DNA of 64,000 nt, from the NCBI GenBank assembly GCA_963514005.1, contig OY740803.1, forward strand, positions 44,082,001-44,146,000, in the 5' to 3' direction. The notes under the pieces are model-generated. The model was not told the DNA's origin. It saw only the letters and a list, made by a program, of their open reading frames with translations, and made no database searches. Of the stretch, positions 41,478 to 52,254 are shown in pieces. The translations under genes and the position numbers were made by a program. Source of the DNA: Raja brachyura. Its lineage: Eukaryota. Numbering within the stretch: position 1 is the stretch's first letter; every line of letters starts with the position of its first letter.

Positions 41478-41995
41478 GAAGTCGTACAGCATGGAAATGG
41501 GCCCTTTGGCCCAACTCATCCTGACTATCTGGACTAGTCTTGTTTAAACCTTTAATATCCGTATTCCTGTCTAAATGTCTTTTGATTATTGTGACCTTCC
41601 ACTTCCTCTGGCAGCTTGTTCCATGTACCCACAACCCTGTATAGAAAAGCTTGCTTGCTTGCTGGGTCCATTTAAAATCCTTCCCCCTCACCTTAAAGCG
41701 ATACGACTTGGTTCTAGATACCCCTAACATGGCACAACGTTGACTATCTGCCTTACTTATGCCACTCTATTTTCTGTACCAGGTAAGGTCATCCCTTGGC
41801 ATTCTTCAATTGAGCGAATATGCAGTCTTTCCTTATTACTCAAGCCCCCCAGTCTTGATAACATTCTCGTGCATGCTTTCTGCACCTGCTTTAGTTTAAT
41901 CGCATCCATCCTATATCGTATGGCAATTAAAACTGCGCACAATAATCCAGATGCGGTCTCGCCAACATCATCTGCAACTGGCACATGCAGCCCCA
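41478..41995 (-). mobile_element. CR1 LINE 3' fragment
   Basis: ORF 41757..42005 YRMDAIKLKQVQKACTRMLSRLGGLSNKERL and ORF 41473..41730. Confidence 0.82.
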
Positions 41996-42052
41996 ATTCT
42001 TGCACTTTGCTAATTTATCATTCAAAACGTACTTAATCATTTAATATCTAAG

Positions 42053-42202
42053 GGTTACACAAAAAGCTGGAGAAACTCAGCGGGTGCAGCAGCATCTAAG
42101 TCTGAGTCTGAAGAAGGGTCTCGACCCGAAACGTCGCCTATCTCCTTCACTCCTTAGATGCTGCTGCACCCGCTGAGTTTCTCCAGCTTTTTGTGTAACC
42201 CC
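42053..42202. mobile_element. Palindromic Penelope pLTR-derived insertion, young copy
   Basis: Near-perfect inverted arms ggttacacaaaaagctggagaaactcagcgggtgcagcagcatctaag. 15-bp target-site duplication catttaatatctaag at 42038-42052 and 42203-42217. Confidence 0.9.
42106..42137 (+). ncRNA. Minimal type I hammerhead ribozyme motif, intact core
   Basis: CTGAAGA 42108-42114, extra A, stem II GGGT-CTCG-ACCC, GAAAC 42128-42132, GTC with predicted cleavage after 42135. Confidence 0.68.
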
Positions 42203-43821
42203 CATTTAATATCTAAGTTCCCTATTAAATCCCTGGCATTTTAAAATGTCTCAGAATCAGTGGTCAAGTCCTGTAGATTCCAGTCTAGTAACTTCACTGT
42301 GCTATTGTACCCAATGATGTGGGTGTACATATGTAGATATATGGCTTAAAAAACTTTTAGATATTTGCATTGTTGGAAACCAATAAATCTCTTTGCAGTC
42401 CAATCTGGCAAGATATCAAATGAAACCACATTTTGTGCAAAGTCTTTTTTACTTGGCTCTGATAGTATTGGTGAGCTGTTCAAACAACGTTTTTTGGCAG
42501 CTGCCTCTATTTGAAACTGGTTCTGATTACCCAGAAGTAAAGGTTGAAGGATTTGCTAGTTACTTTTGCAGTTTGCCTATAAATAATAATCCTGAATTAT
42601 CTACTGCCCCCATTTTCAAAATAGTGGATAAAGCACAGGAAATGGGACTGACTGTAAGAAATTTGCCCTTTCAAACCACTTTAAAATCCTTACACTCACC
42701 TTAAACCTATGCCGCCTTGTTTTTGATATACCTACCATGGGGGGGAAAAGTCTGACTACACATTCTATCTATGCTCCACATGTACTTCTGATGGAAAGTG
42801 GACAGTTTGTATTCATTTCTGAATAGTCAAGCTGCTAGTTGAAAAGTTAATGTAAAGTTATTTTTTAAATTTCAACAGAGCATGTTGAAACATTCCCAAC
42901 CAAGGAAGGATATCCTTTTGGGAAATGAGATCTGACGATATAAATGTCAATGTAGACCACACATCACATTAGAATGTAGGAAGTATAACTGTCAATAATT
43001 TGCCTCTATACAATAATGATCAGGTTATTGAAGTGAATGAAATGTGAAGCTTTGCAGTGTGCCAGATAAAGTGGTATCAGCAGAATACTGATTTTCATCA
43101 GGGATTCCAGCTAGCTGTAATCTCCGCAAGAGCTGTCAGAACAAGCTTAGTGAAGAATCTCTGAAATCACTCGTCAAAATCGTCAAGAAAGTGACAACAG
43201 TATTGTATGTTAGGGGAATCTTGTTCCATATCCTTGTTACTGCAAGCTGCTGGAATTTTCATATTTTAATGTTTCCTTTTTTTCATATCCTTTTTAAAAA
43301 AAATTTAAAAGAGATTGCAGGTTTGCAAACAATTGAATAACATAATTATTGCTTCTGAATCCACTCTATAGAGAATCTGCTTTGCTTTAAGTCGTGTGGT
43401 GGTGGAGAAGTAGCACAGATATTGCAAAAATATTCTCCTGAAGCTTTGAAATGAGATGTAAGAGATGGAGAGTATCTTTATGCTGTAACCAATTACATGA
43501 TACTCCTTAGTAATGCGCAATGTCCCAAGTTAGAAATTACAAGCTGGAAACATTCAGCAAGTCGGGCAGGATTTGTAGAAGGAGAAACAGTAAAATTCCC
43601 TCATGCAGTATCAGAAGTGTTACATTTCTTCTTCCCCAGATGATGCCCGACCTGCTGAATGTTTCCAGCATTTTCAGTTTAATTTCAGATTTACAGCACC
43701 TGCAATTGTTTAGATTTCCATCCCAAATTAAAAGGTTGCTTATTCATCTTATTGATTGATTGAATTAGGTTGTATGTAGCTCAAAAAAATTAATTGGTAC
43801 ACTTTTAATTGGAATGTGCAT

Positions 43822-44108
43822 GTTTAGTTTTAGAATACAGTATGGAAACAGGCCCACTGAGTCTACGCTGATGAACAATCACCCGTAGTTCTATGTTATC
43901 CTACTTTAGCATCCTACAACCTAAGGGCCAGTTAACCTACAAACCTATGCGTCTTTTGACTGTGGGAGGAAACCGGAGTACCTGGTGAAAATCCAGACGG
44001 CCACAGGGAGAGCGTACAAACTCTACACAGACCACCTGTAGTCTGCATCGAACCAGAGTGTCTGGCACTGTGAGGCAGCAGCTCTACCACTGTGTCACTG
44101 TGCCGTCC
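43822..44108 (-). mobile_element. V-SINE (HE1-like)
   Basis: tgtgggaggaaaccggag core and tRNA-like head on the minus strand. Confidence 0.82.
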
Positions 44109-44824
44109 TTGTGCTATTTCCAGCAAAGAAACTTGGAGCTTTCCTAGGTTCACAGTACATTGCTCTGGGAATACAACAAGGGCATTGTGCTGGCTCAAGT
44201 GTAAAAAGCTGGCACTTTTACTCTTCACTGAAGTTGTTATGGGAGAACTGGTCAGATGCAACGTTTCCAAATTTGTGGATTCTGCTTTCTTTTTGTTCCT
44301 CTTCTGTTCCTTTTACCTCAGTTGAAAACTAATTAGAACTTTGTCAGTCGTGTGAACCGGCTCAAAGTCAAACGGCTCCTGCAGTCTTTCATTCTTTGTA
44401 CATTACTGTGAAACAAAAAATTGGGTGTGTGTCTTCAGAGTTTCAAAAGATAAAACCTTTTTTCAGAAATTTTTCTGAAGACTAAAATTTGGTTTGATGT
44501 TTTCTAGTTTAAAAGGACAATTTAAATTTTCACGTGCGCAGATGCAGTTTTGTCTTGTACTCTAGTCAACTTGTTATTTCTTTCTTCAGAAATGTCAACG
44601 GTGTTTAACGTGTTTTATATGACCAATTATAGGCAGGTATAGAAAATAAATAATTTGTCTTCCCATTAACCAAATAACACTGAATTAAACTGAATAATTT
44701 GCGTCAGTGGCTTGCAACATTTCACCAGGCATTAAAGAATATACATGTTTGATGGTGAAGGGGACATAAGGCAGATTTATTTTGCAACCTTTGTGATATA
44801 GTATCTTATGACCCCAATATAGTA

Positions 44825-45371
44825 TCCACCCTTCCTGAGGTCATCTGTTTTTTTGCCCTGATTTGTTCTGGCCTTTGCTTGCCTCTAGTTTCCCCTCCCC
44901 AAATCTCTACTTTCAGTCTAAATAAGGGTTCCGACCCAAAACGTCACTTTAAGACTTTTGCCTTCCACCACAGTGAGGAGGTGCCTGGTGAACTCACTGT
45001 GGTGGATGTTAAATATGTGTTTATTGTGTGTTTTGTTTTTTATTATATGTATGACTGCAAGGCAACGAAATTTCGTTCAGACCAAAAGGTCTGAATTACA
45101 ATAAAGGAGACTTTGACTTTGACTCTGACTCATAGATTATGGGTGTAAAGTCTCTAGTTCAAGCTGTGATATTGTTATGAAGACCGTTGGCATTCTTGTA
45201 TCCGTCTCATTACCACACCTCCCCCAGCCTACAATGGGCCATTATGGGCTCCACCCTTCCTGAGGTCATCTGTTTTTTTGCCCTGATTTGTTCTGGCCTT
45301 TGCTCGCCTCTAGTTTCCCCTCCCCAAATCTCTACTTTAGTCTAAATAAGGGTTCCCACCCAAAAAGGCAC
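44825..45371 (+). repeat. Direct duplication of about 122 bp (44825-44947 and 45250-45371)
   Basis: Two near-identical copies of tccacccttcctgaggtcatctg...agtctaaataagggttcc(g/c)acccaaaa. Confidence 0.9.
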
Positions 45372-45911
45372 CTTTTTTTTTTCTCCAGAGATGCCGCCTG
45401 ACTCGTTCAGTCACACCAGCTTTTAGTGTCTATCTTTTCTAAATGCATCACTGATGCTAGCCAAACAATTCAAGAGGACTAGTTCCTACAATCCCCCCGA
45501 GTGAAGAGGTTGCCCCTCGGGTTCCTATTAAATCTTGCCACACACATTAAACCAATGTCCTCTGATTTTTAATTCCCCTACCCTGGGTAAAATACACTGT
45601 GCGTTCACCCAGTGTATTCCCCTTATGATTTTATACATCTATATAATATAAGATCACCCCTCGGCCTCTTGTGCGCCAAGGAATAAACCCTAGCCTGCCC
45701 AACCTCTCAGCTCAAGTACTCCTTGTAAAATCTTCTCTGCACTCTTTGCAGCCTAATGAATGAATGATTAAGTTTATTGGCCAAGTGTTCACATACAAGG
45801 AATTTGCCTTGGTGCTCCGCCTGCAAGTGACAACATGACATACAGGGACAGTTAGGAATGACACATTAAACATTGAATGTACTCGGTGACTAAGCTTCCA
45901 TTACTCAATTA

Positions 45912-45966
45912 GGTGGAGAATTCCAATGATCCTTAATCAATCCATTGGGTGGAGAATTCCAATGAT
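45912..45966 (+). repeat. 19-bp direct repeat
   Basis: ggtggagaattccaatgat at 45912-45930 and 45948-45966. Confidence 0.85.
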
Positions 45967-47379
45967 TCTGATACCAATCTCACTACCTGATCCCTTTTTC
46001 GATGCACTGCCTCTTGGTTTTCTTAACCCTTCTCAGGAGAAACATCTCTGCATTTACCCTGTCAAGCACCTGAGTATATTATGATTTTTTTTAATGCTAC
46101 CATTCTCTCCTGACTCTGTAATATTAGTGCTCATTGCAAAAATTGTGATGCTGATTTTGAGTTTCAAATAACAAAATACAAACACTGATTTCAATAGAAC
46201 TCAATTAGCAATTTTAGATCAGAGACTTGTGGTCCAGATTTTTTTTTGAATGGCAAAATAAGGCAATTTTATATTAAAATATTATTAACATATCCAGTGG
46301 CACTGATTTGCACCCCAAAATGAGTTAATAGGAAAGGAACAAGTATCTTTGTTGGTTCGGCTTTCTTTGCATCTGCGATATTCCTAATAGACCACTCAAG
46401 ATCAAAATTTGTTTTTTTATTTTCTAGAACTAGTAAGTTCGTTCAAGGTTTGAGAAATATTCTAATTCAACCCATGAAACTTTGATTTGAATCTCCAAAT
46501 ATAGTTTTTAGGGTTGGCATGGAAGCTGGTTTCCTTTAGAGTGATACACAACAGGCCCATAGAGAGCAAATGAAACAAAATGCTGCAGCAATATCAGCAA
46601 ATTACCCAGCTGTCTTCGCAGTGACTGCACCATGGATGATAAGGGAAGAGTCGAGATGAACAAAAGGATTCTTTATCATTACGAGATAAAATGTCCTGTC
46701 CATTTATCTATGTAAATTCAAAAGAAAACATTTCCACCCATTAATCAAACAGTTAATTTCCATTCCAAGAAGCCAGTTGAATTTTAATTCTAACTGTAGA
46801 TGACCCGAAGGGAAATGTGATGTCTCTCCACTGTCCCCACCTCCCCAACCGCGTTGTTCTTTTCCTTTTAATCCCTGACGACGCTGCTTAGAAATGACAG
46901 TGGCACAGATCTCCAAGTGCAGTTGCCTGCCGTGAATTGGACTGTAGGTCTACATAGTCTATTGCAATTTCTGAAAATCCTTGCAACTGGTTTATTTCAA
47001 CGCACTCTGAAATTTTTTCTTGCCATGAGCAGTCGGTGCTAAATATAGATGTGCAATGTTTGAGGAAACCAAATGAATAACAACTTTGTTTTTTTGTAAG
47101 TATATTTTGACACGGTTTGGGAGTGGCCAATATTGCTTAGAAACAAAGGTGAATCTTGGCAACCATTTTAAACATCCTTCTATTTATACCTGCGTCATTA
47201 ACCAACAACAAAGGTGTTCCATGTGGAGACCAGCTAAATTGTGATATTTGTTGAAGAGCCTGCTAACGCAACTACCAGACGGCTATGGGTGTGACCATTA
47301 CGTATGAAATAATTGGGGAATATTTAGGTGGAGGTATGAGAAGAGGGAAAGTAAATCATTATATATTTCATATGACTTT

Positions 47380-47830
47380 CATATGAAGAAAGACTGGATA
47401 GACTCGGCTTGTACTCACTGGAATTTAGAAGATTGAGGGGGGATCTTATAGAAATGTACAAAATTCTTAAGGGGTTGGACAAGCTAGATGCAGGAAGATT
47501 GTTCCTGATGTTGGGGGAGTCCAGAACAAGGGGTCACAGTCTAAGGATAAGGGGGAATTCCTTTAGGACCGAGATGAGGAAAATATTCTTTACACAGAGA
47601 GTGGTGAGTCTCTGGAATTCTCTGCCACAGAAGGTCGTTGAGGCCAGTTCATTGGCTATATTCAAGAGGGAGTTCGATGTGGCTCTTGTGGCTAAAGGGA
47701 TCGGGCTATGGAGAGAAGGCAGGTACAGGATACTGAGTTGGATGATCAGCCATGATCATATTGAATGGCGGTGCAGGCTCGAAGGGCCGAATGGCCTACT
47801 CCTGCACCTATTTTTCTATGTTTCTCTATA
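47380..47830 (+). mobile_element. CR1 LINE 3' end (ORF2 C-terminus plus 3' UTR), well preserved
   Basis: ORF 47409..47834 reads YSLEFRRLRGDLIEMYKILKG...RTRGHSLRI...FFTQRVVSLWNSLP. 3' UTR ggctcgaagggccgaatggcctactcctgc. Confidence 0.92.
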
Positions 47831-48066
47831 TTAGTCTTTTAAGGCGAATGTAATTAATATTGATAATCTATGTCCCATAACCCCCTTGAATCTATTTGGG
47901 TACAGTCTTTTTAAGCATAGAATAGCCAGGATAAACTATAAAAACTTTAATGTTTTTGCAAATAAAGCAACTTCAAATAAAACAAATATTTGAGTCTGAA
48001 GAAGAATTCCTACCCGAAACATCACCTTTACCTTTTCTCTAGAGATACTGCCTAACCAGCTGAGTT

Positions 48067-48937
48067 AGGGTCTCACTGGGGTCTCCTCCATATCCCGTAG
48101 CTCCGCTCCTACTCCCCCTCCCCCTATTCGTAACACGGACAGAGTCCCCCCCCCCCCCCCCCCCCCCTCACCGTCCACACCATCAGCCGTTGCATACAGC
48201 ATATAATCCTCCAACATTTTCGCCACCTCCAACGGGATCCCACTGCTGGCCACATCTTCCCATCTGCACTGCATTCCGCAGAGACCATTCCCTCCAAAAC
48301 TCCCTGGTCAATTCATCCCTTCCCACCCAAACCACCTCCTCCCCAGGTACTTTTCCTTGCAACCCAGGAGATGCAACACCTATCCCTTTACCACCCCTCT
48401 TGACTCCATCCAAGGACCCAAACAGTCTTTCCAGGTGAGGCAGAGGTTCACTTGCACCTCCTCCAACCTCATTTACTGTATCCGTTGTTCCAGGTGTCAA
48501 CTTCTCTACATCGGTGAGACCAAGCTCCGGCTTGGTGATCGTTTCGCTGAGCACCTCTACTCAGTCCGTCTTAACCTACCTGATCTCCCGGAAGCTCAGC
48601 ACTTCAACTCTTCCCCCCCATTCCTAATCTGACCTTTCTGTCCTGGGCCTACTCCAGTGAGGCCCAGCGCGAATTGGAGGAACAGCACCTTATATTTCGC
48701 TTGGGTAGTTTATACCCCAGCGGTATGAACATTGACTTCTCTCTAACTTCAGATAGCCCTTGGTTTCTCTCTCCTTCCCCTTCCCAGTGTCTTACTGTCT
48801 CCACCTACATTCTATCTTTGTCCCGCCCTCTCCCCTGACATCAGTCTGAAGAAGGGTCTCGACCCGAAACGTCGCCCATTCCTTCTCTCCAGAGATGCCG
48901 CTTCATCGCTGAGTTACTCCAGCATTTTATATCTTCC
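48067..48937 (+). mobile_element. Penelope-like retroelement 3' fragment: GIY-YIG endonuclease plus pseudo-LTR
   Basis: ORF 48357..48632 reads FTCTSSNLIYCIRCSRCQLLYIGETKLRLGDRFAEH. Downstream frame reads EEQHLIFRLGSLYPSGMN. It is followed by the terminal repeat containing the hammerhead-like motif. Confidence 0.9.
48844..48875 (+). ncRNA. Minimal type I hammerhead ribozyme motif in the Penelope pseudo-LTR
   Basis: gt-CTGAAGA(48846-48852)-A-GGGT/CTCG/ACCC-GAAAC-GTC^gc. All core nucleotides present. Stem I is only about 2 bp, so activity is not shown. Confidence 0.7.
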
Positions 48938-49078
48938 TGCTCCAGCACTGTCTATATATTCGGTATAAACCAGCATCTGCAGTTTCTTCTCAAACAAATA
49001 TAAACTTTGTTTGCTACCTCTGAATCTGCATTTAACATTATCTGAAATCACAAAAAAAAATGTGACTTAAAGGGGTAT

Positions 49079-49182
49079 AGAAACAATGCTGGAGAAACTC
49101 AGCGGGTGAGGCAGCATCTATGGAAAAAAGGAATAGGCGACGTTTCGGGTCGAGACGTTCTCCTCCTTTCTTAAACAAAACA
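49079..49182 (-). mobile_element. Penelope pLTR-derived insertion
   Basis: Inverted arm. 11-bp target-site duplication taaaggggtat at 49068-49078 and 49183-49193. Confidence 0.82.
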
Positions 49183-50227
49183 TAAAGGGGTATCATCATT
49201 CAATGGCTCCCTTGTAAAAAAATCTGTTATTGTATTCAGAAAGTGGTATTATTTTAGCATATATGTAATCTTTATGGAATTAAATTAAGATGATTATATT
49301 TTCAACATTAGGTAAACTTCAGAATAGATTTTTGCAAGTGTTTTCATGTTGCACCTGATGTGTCAACTTCAACCACTCAAGACTGGTCTAACCGGAATTA
49401 CGGCTATTCTCGATGGGGGATTAGTAAGAGCACAGAAAATGAAGCTGTTTTGTAACCAAATCAGCTCCAGTGGATTAGTGAGCACAATAGTTTCTTGTGT
49501 TGCATATGCTCTTTTTTAGATAATTCAGCCCCATATTATTTTCACCCGTCTACATTATTGTCTCTAAGTTGCACAAAAGTACAACCTCCATTCACATTGC
49601 ATCCCCTGTGTTATAGAAATAACTAAGGTCTACTTAATTTGACGCTGAGGCACATGATTAAAATATTAAGGCAGGTTACCAAAATCTTGGTAAGAGAAAG
49701 GCTCTAGACATTGTTTTAATGGGTGGGAGAGCTGCAAGAATTAAGGGATTAAATAGTTAAAAGTGGGTTGTTATAACATTGGAGGTATATGAAGCCCCAA
49801 TGGGAAAAGCACAGATCTCCCAGTATTTTAGAGGAGGTTCCCGAGTGCGGCTATTTAAGGTTTTGAATATGAGGGTGATAATTTATAAATTAATACGTTG
49901 CTCTGCTGGGAGCCAATGTAAATCTGGGACCATAAGAGTGACTGGTGATTAGAATTTTTTGCTGGTTATTATTTGAACAACATAAGGCTTGGGTGAGCTC
50001 ATGTTTGTAGACTGTGGAAAATGGGAGGCTGGCCAGGGGAGCAACTGCAGATTCTCCAATTCTCAAGTCTGTACAGCCTGTCAGAGTAGCGACTGCAAGG
50101 CTGAACTTGTGCTAATCTGTTTTCAAATCTTTTTGCCACATTGCCCAATGAAGCAGAAGTCCTGAAAGAGGAAAGCAAAACAAGCTGCTGCAGTACACTT
50201 GTATTCCCATAATGAAAGAGCCATTGA

Positions 50228-50436
50228 CAGACACCAAAGGCTAGAGTAACTCAGCTGGTCAGGCAGCATCTCTGGAGAAAAAGAATAGGCTAATGTTTTG
50301 GGTCGAGACAAGGGTCTTGACCCGCAACGTCACCTGTTCCCTTTTCTGCAGAGATGCTGCCTGACCCATTGAGTTACTCCAGCGTTTGGTATCTGTCTTC
50401 AGTTTAAGCCAGCACTACAGTTCCTCCCTACACGTT
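50228..50436. mobile_element. Palindromic Penelope pLTR-derived insertion
   Basis: Inverted arms. Target-site duplication aaagag(c/t)cattga at 50215-50227 and 50437-50449. Confidence 0.85.
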
Positions 50437-50987
50437 AAAGAGTCATTGATTTTTATAGGGGATTTTTAGACTCTGGACAAACGCATTTTCATGTCCATGC
50501 ATCTCCTGAAATTCTATTGTCAGAACAATGGTTCATGAAGTGATGCATCTGGTCGTCCTTAACGAGGACGTGTGTTTTTTTGTTTTTCTCTTAATTTGTG
50601 CCATGTTGTTAGTTTAGGTAAAGGTGGTACTTACAGGAAAATTCACTGAGGTTCTTATAATTAAATAAGGCAAGGTCTTCAGGAATGTGGCTATTTGAAA
50701 CCTCTCCAAAGGAATCGCTTGAGTTTTCAAGGGTACTGTATGAAGCCAAACCTGCCAAATAACCTCTTCCCACACCCCCATCACCTGTATCCACCGACTA
50801 CTTGCCAGGCTTTGTCCTGCTCCTGCCTCTCTTCCGGCTTTCTTGCCCAACTTCAATCGGTCTGAAGAAGGGTCCCGACTCAAAACGTCACATATCCATG
50901 TTCTCTAGAAATGCTGCTTGACCTGCTGAGCTACTCCAGCACTTTTTGTCTTTTTGAATGAAATAGACCAATGCTTCATGCAGCAAG

Positions 50988-51084
50988 GGTACACAAAAGG
51001 CTGGAGAAACTCAGCAGGTGCAGCAGCATCTAAGGAGCGAAGGAGATGGGCAACATTTCGGGCCGAAACCCTTCTTCAGACCCT
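50988..51084 (-). mobile_element. Penelope pLTR-derived insertion, single arm, with hammerhead variant
   Basis: 16-bp target-site duplication tgcttcatgcagcaag at 50972-50987 and 51085-51100. Minus strand reads GGGT CTGAAGA A GGGT TTCG GCCC GAAAT GTT GCCC. Confidence 0.87.
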
Positions 51085-51250
51085 TGCTTCATGCAGCAAG
51101 ATGGGTTATGCTGCTTGGGCTTCACTTCTGACAAGATACATTGCAGCTACTCTTCATGACTTATTGATAGATCCTCTTATGTTATTACCTCTACTACTCA
51201 AAAGGACAAGTGCAGCTGTTGCATAGAAAGAGGGTCACCTTAAAATCATA

Positions 51251-51447
51251 GACACAAAATGCTGGAGTAACTCAGCGGGACAGGTGCATATCTGGATAGA
51301 AGGATTCTGTCTGAAGAAGGGTCTCGACCCAAAAAGTCGCCATGCGTCACCAAACTATACAGAGATGCTGCCTGTCCCACTGTGTTACCCAAGCATTTTG
51401 TGTCTATCTGTGGTGCAAACCAGCATCTGCAGTTCCTTCCCATACAT
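51251..51447. mobile_element. Palindromic Penelope pLTR-derived insertion
   Basis: Inverted arms. Flanks ctt(a/t)aaatcata at 51239-51250 and 51448-51459. Confidence 0.83.
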
Positions 51448-52192
51448 CTTTAAATCATACCCTGACTTTTCCTCTGGTGTTGATGAGTCTACATTTTGGA
51501 ATTCCCATTCTAATAAGTGCGGCTACTTCTATTACACCGAGTTCAAGAAGTCGGATCAGTATTTCCTTTACAATGGCAAAAGTTGACTGTCCTTGCCACA
51601 TCCTGCAAGTGACTAAACAAAAGATACGCTTCTGGTCTGCATTTTCAATGATGCATTGAAGCAGTATTTCATGCTGTTTTGTGACTTCTTTTATCTCTCT
51701 TTTCCCCTTCTCTTCAAGAGATATTTATCACAGCTTGATTGGAGTGAGATCAAAGTTTCAGTTTGGAGAAGTGTTCTGAATCATAATACAGCCTTTTTAA
51801 AAAAAAATTAAAAAAACGCAATGGTGCAGAATTCATTTAGAGCATGCCTAAATAGTCCAAACTGCGCATTTAGATTGCCGAATGCCAAATTCCTACCACC
51901 TTTGGTGAGCCCAAATTTGTGTTGTTATTGGTGATACTTGTGACCATGGATGTAAGCCACCTGCCAGCAACATTTTGACCAGAGATGGCAGCTATTTTAA
52001 CTTCAGAGGGCAAATAGGTGGGAAACTATTGTGGAGAACATTGTTTAAATGGTATCAGAGTTCTCTCAATAGTTGGACATTACTTATTTTGTATGATGGC
52101 TACCGTAATTACAATGCTCATAGTGCAAGTGCTCAATTTGTCGATTCTCAAAAGGTAAGGAATACTTATTCTAGTTCCAATTTATTTTTCAG

Positions 52193-52254
52193 GGGATGTC
52201 TTGTTCCAGATGGCAGAGGTTCACAGACAAATTCAGATACAGCTTGAAGAAATG
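52193..52254 (+). CDS. BAIAP2: BAIAP2-family coding exon (equivalent to exon 4), 62 nt
   Basis: tttatttttcag|GG ... ATG|gtgagt. (G)DVLFQMAEVHRQIQIQLEEM vs recalled IRSp53 GDVLFQMAEVHRQIQNQLEEM. Phase 1 in, phase 0 out. Confidence 0.94.
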
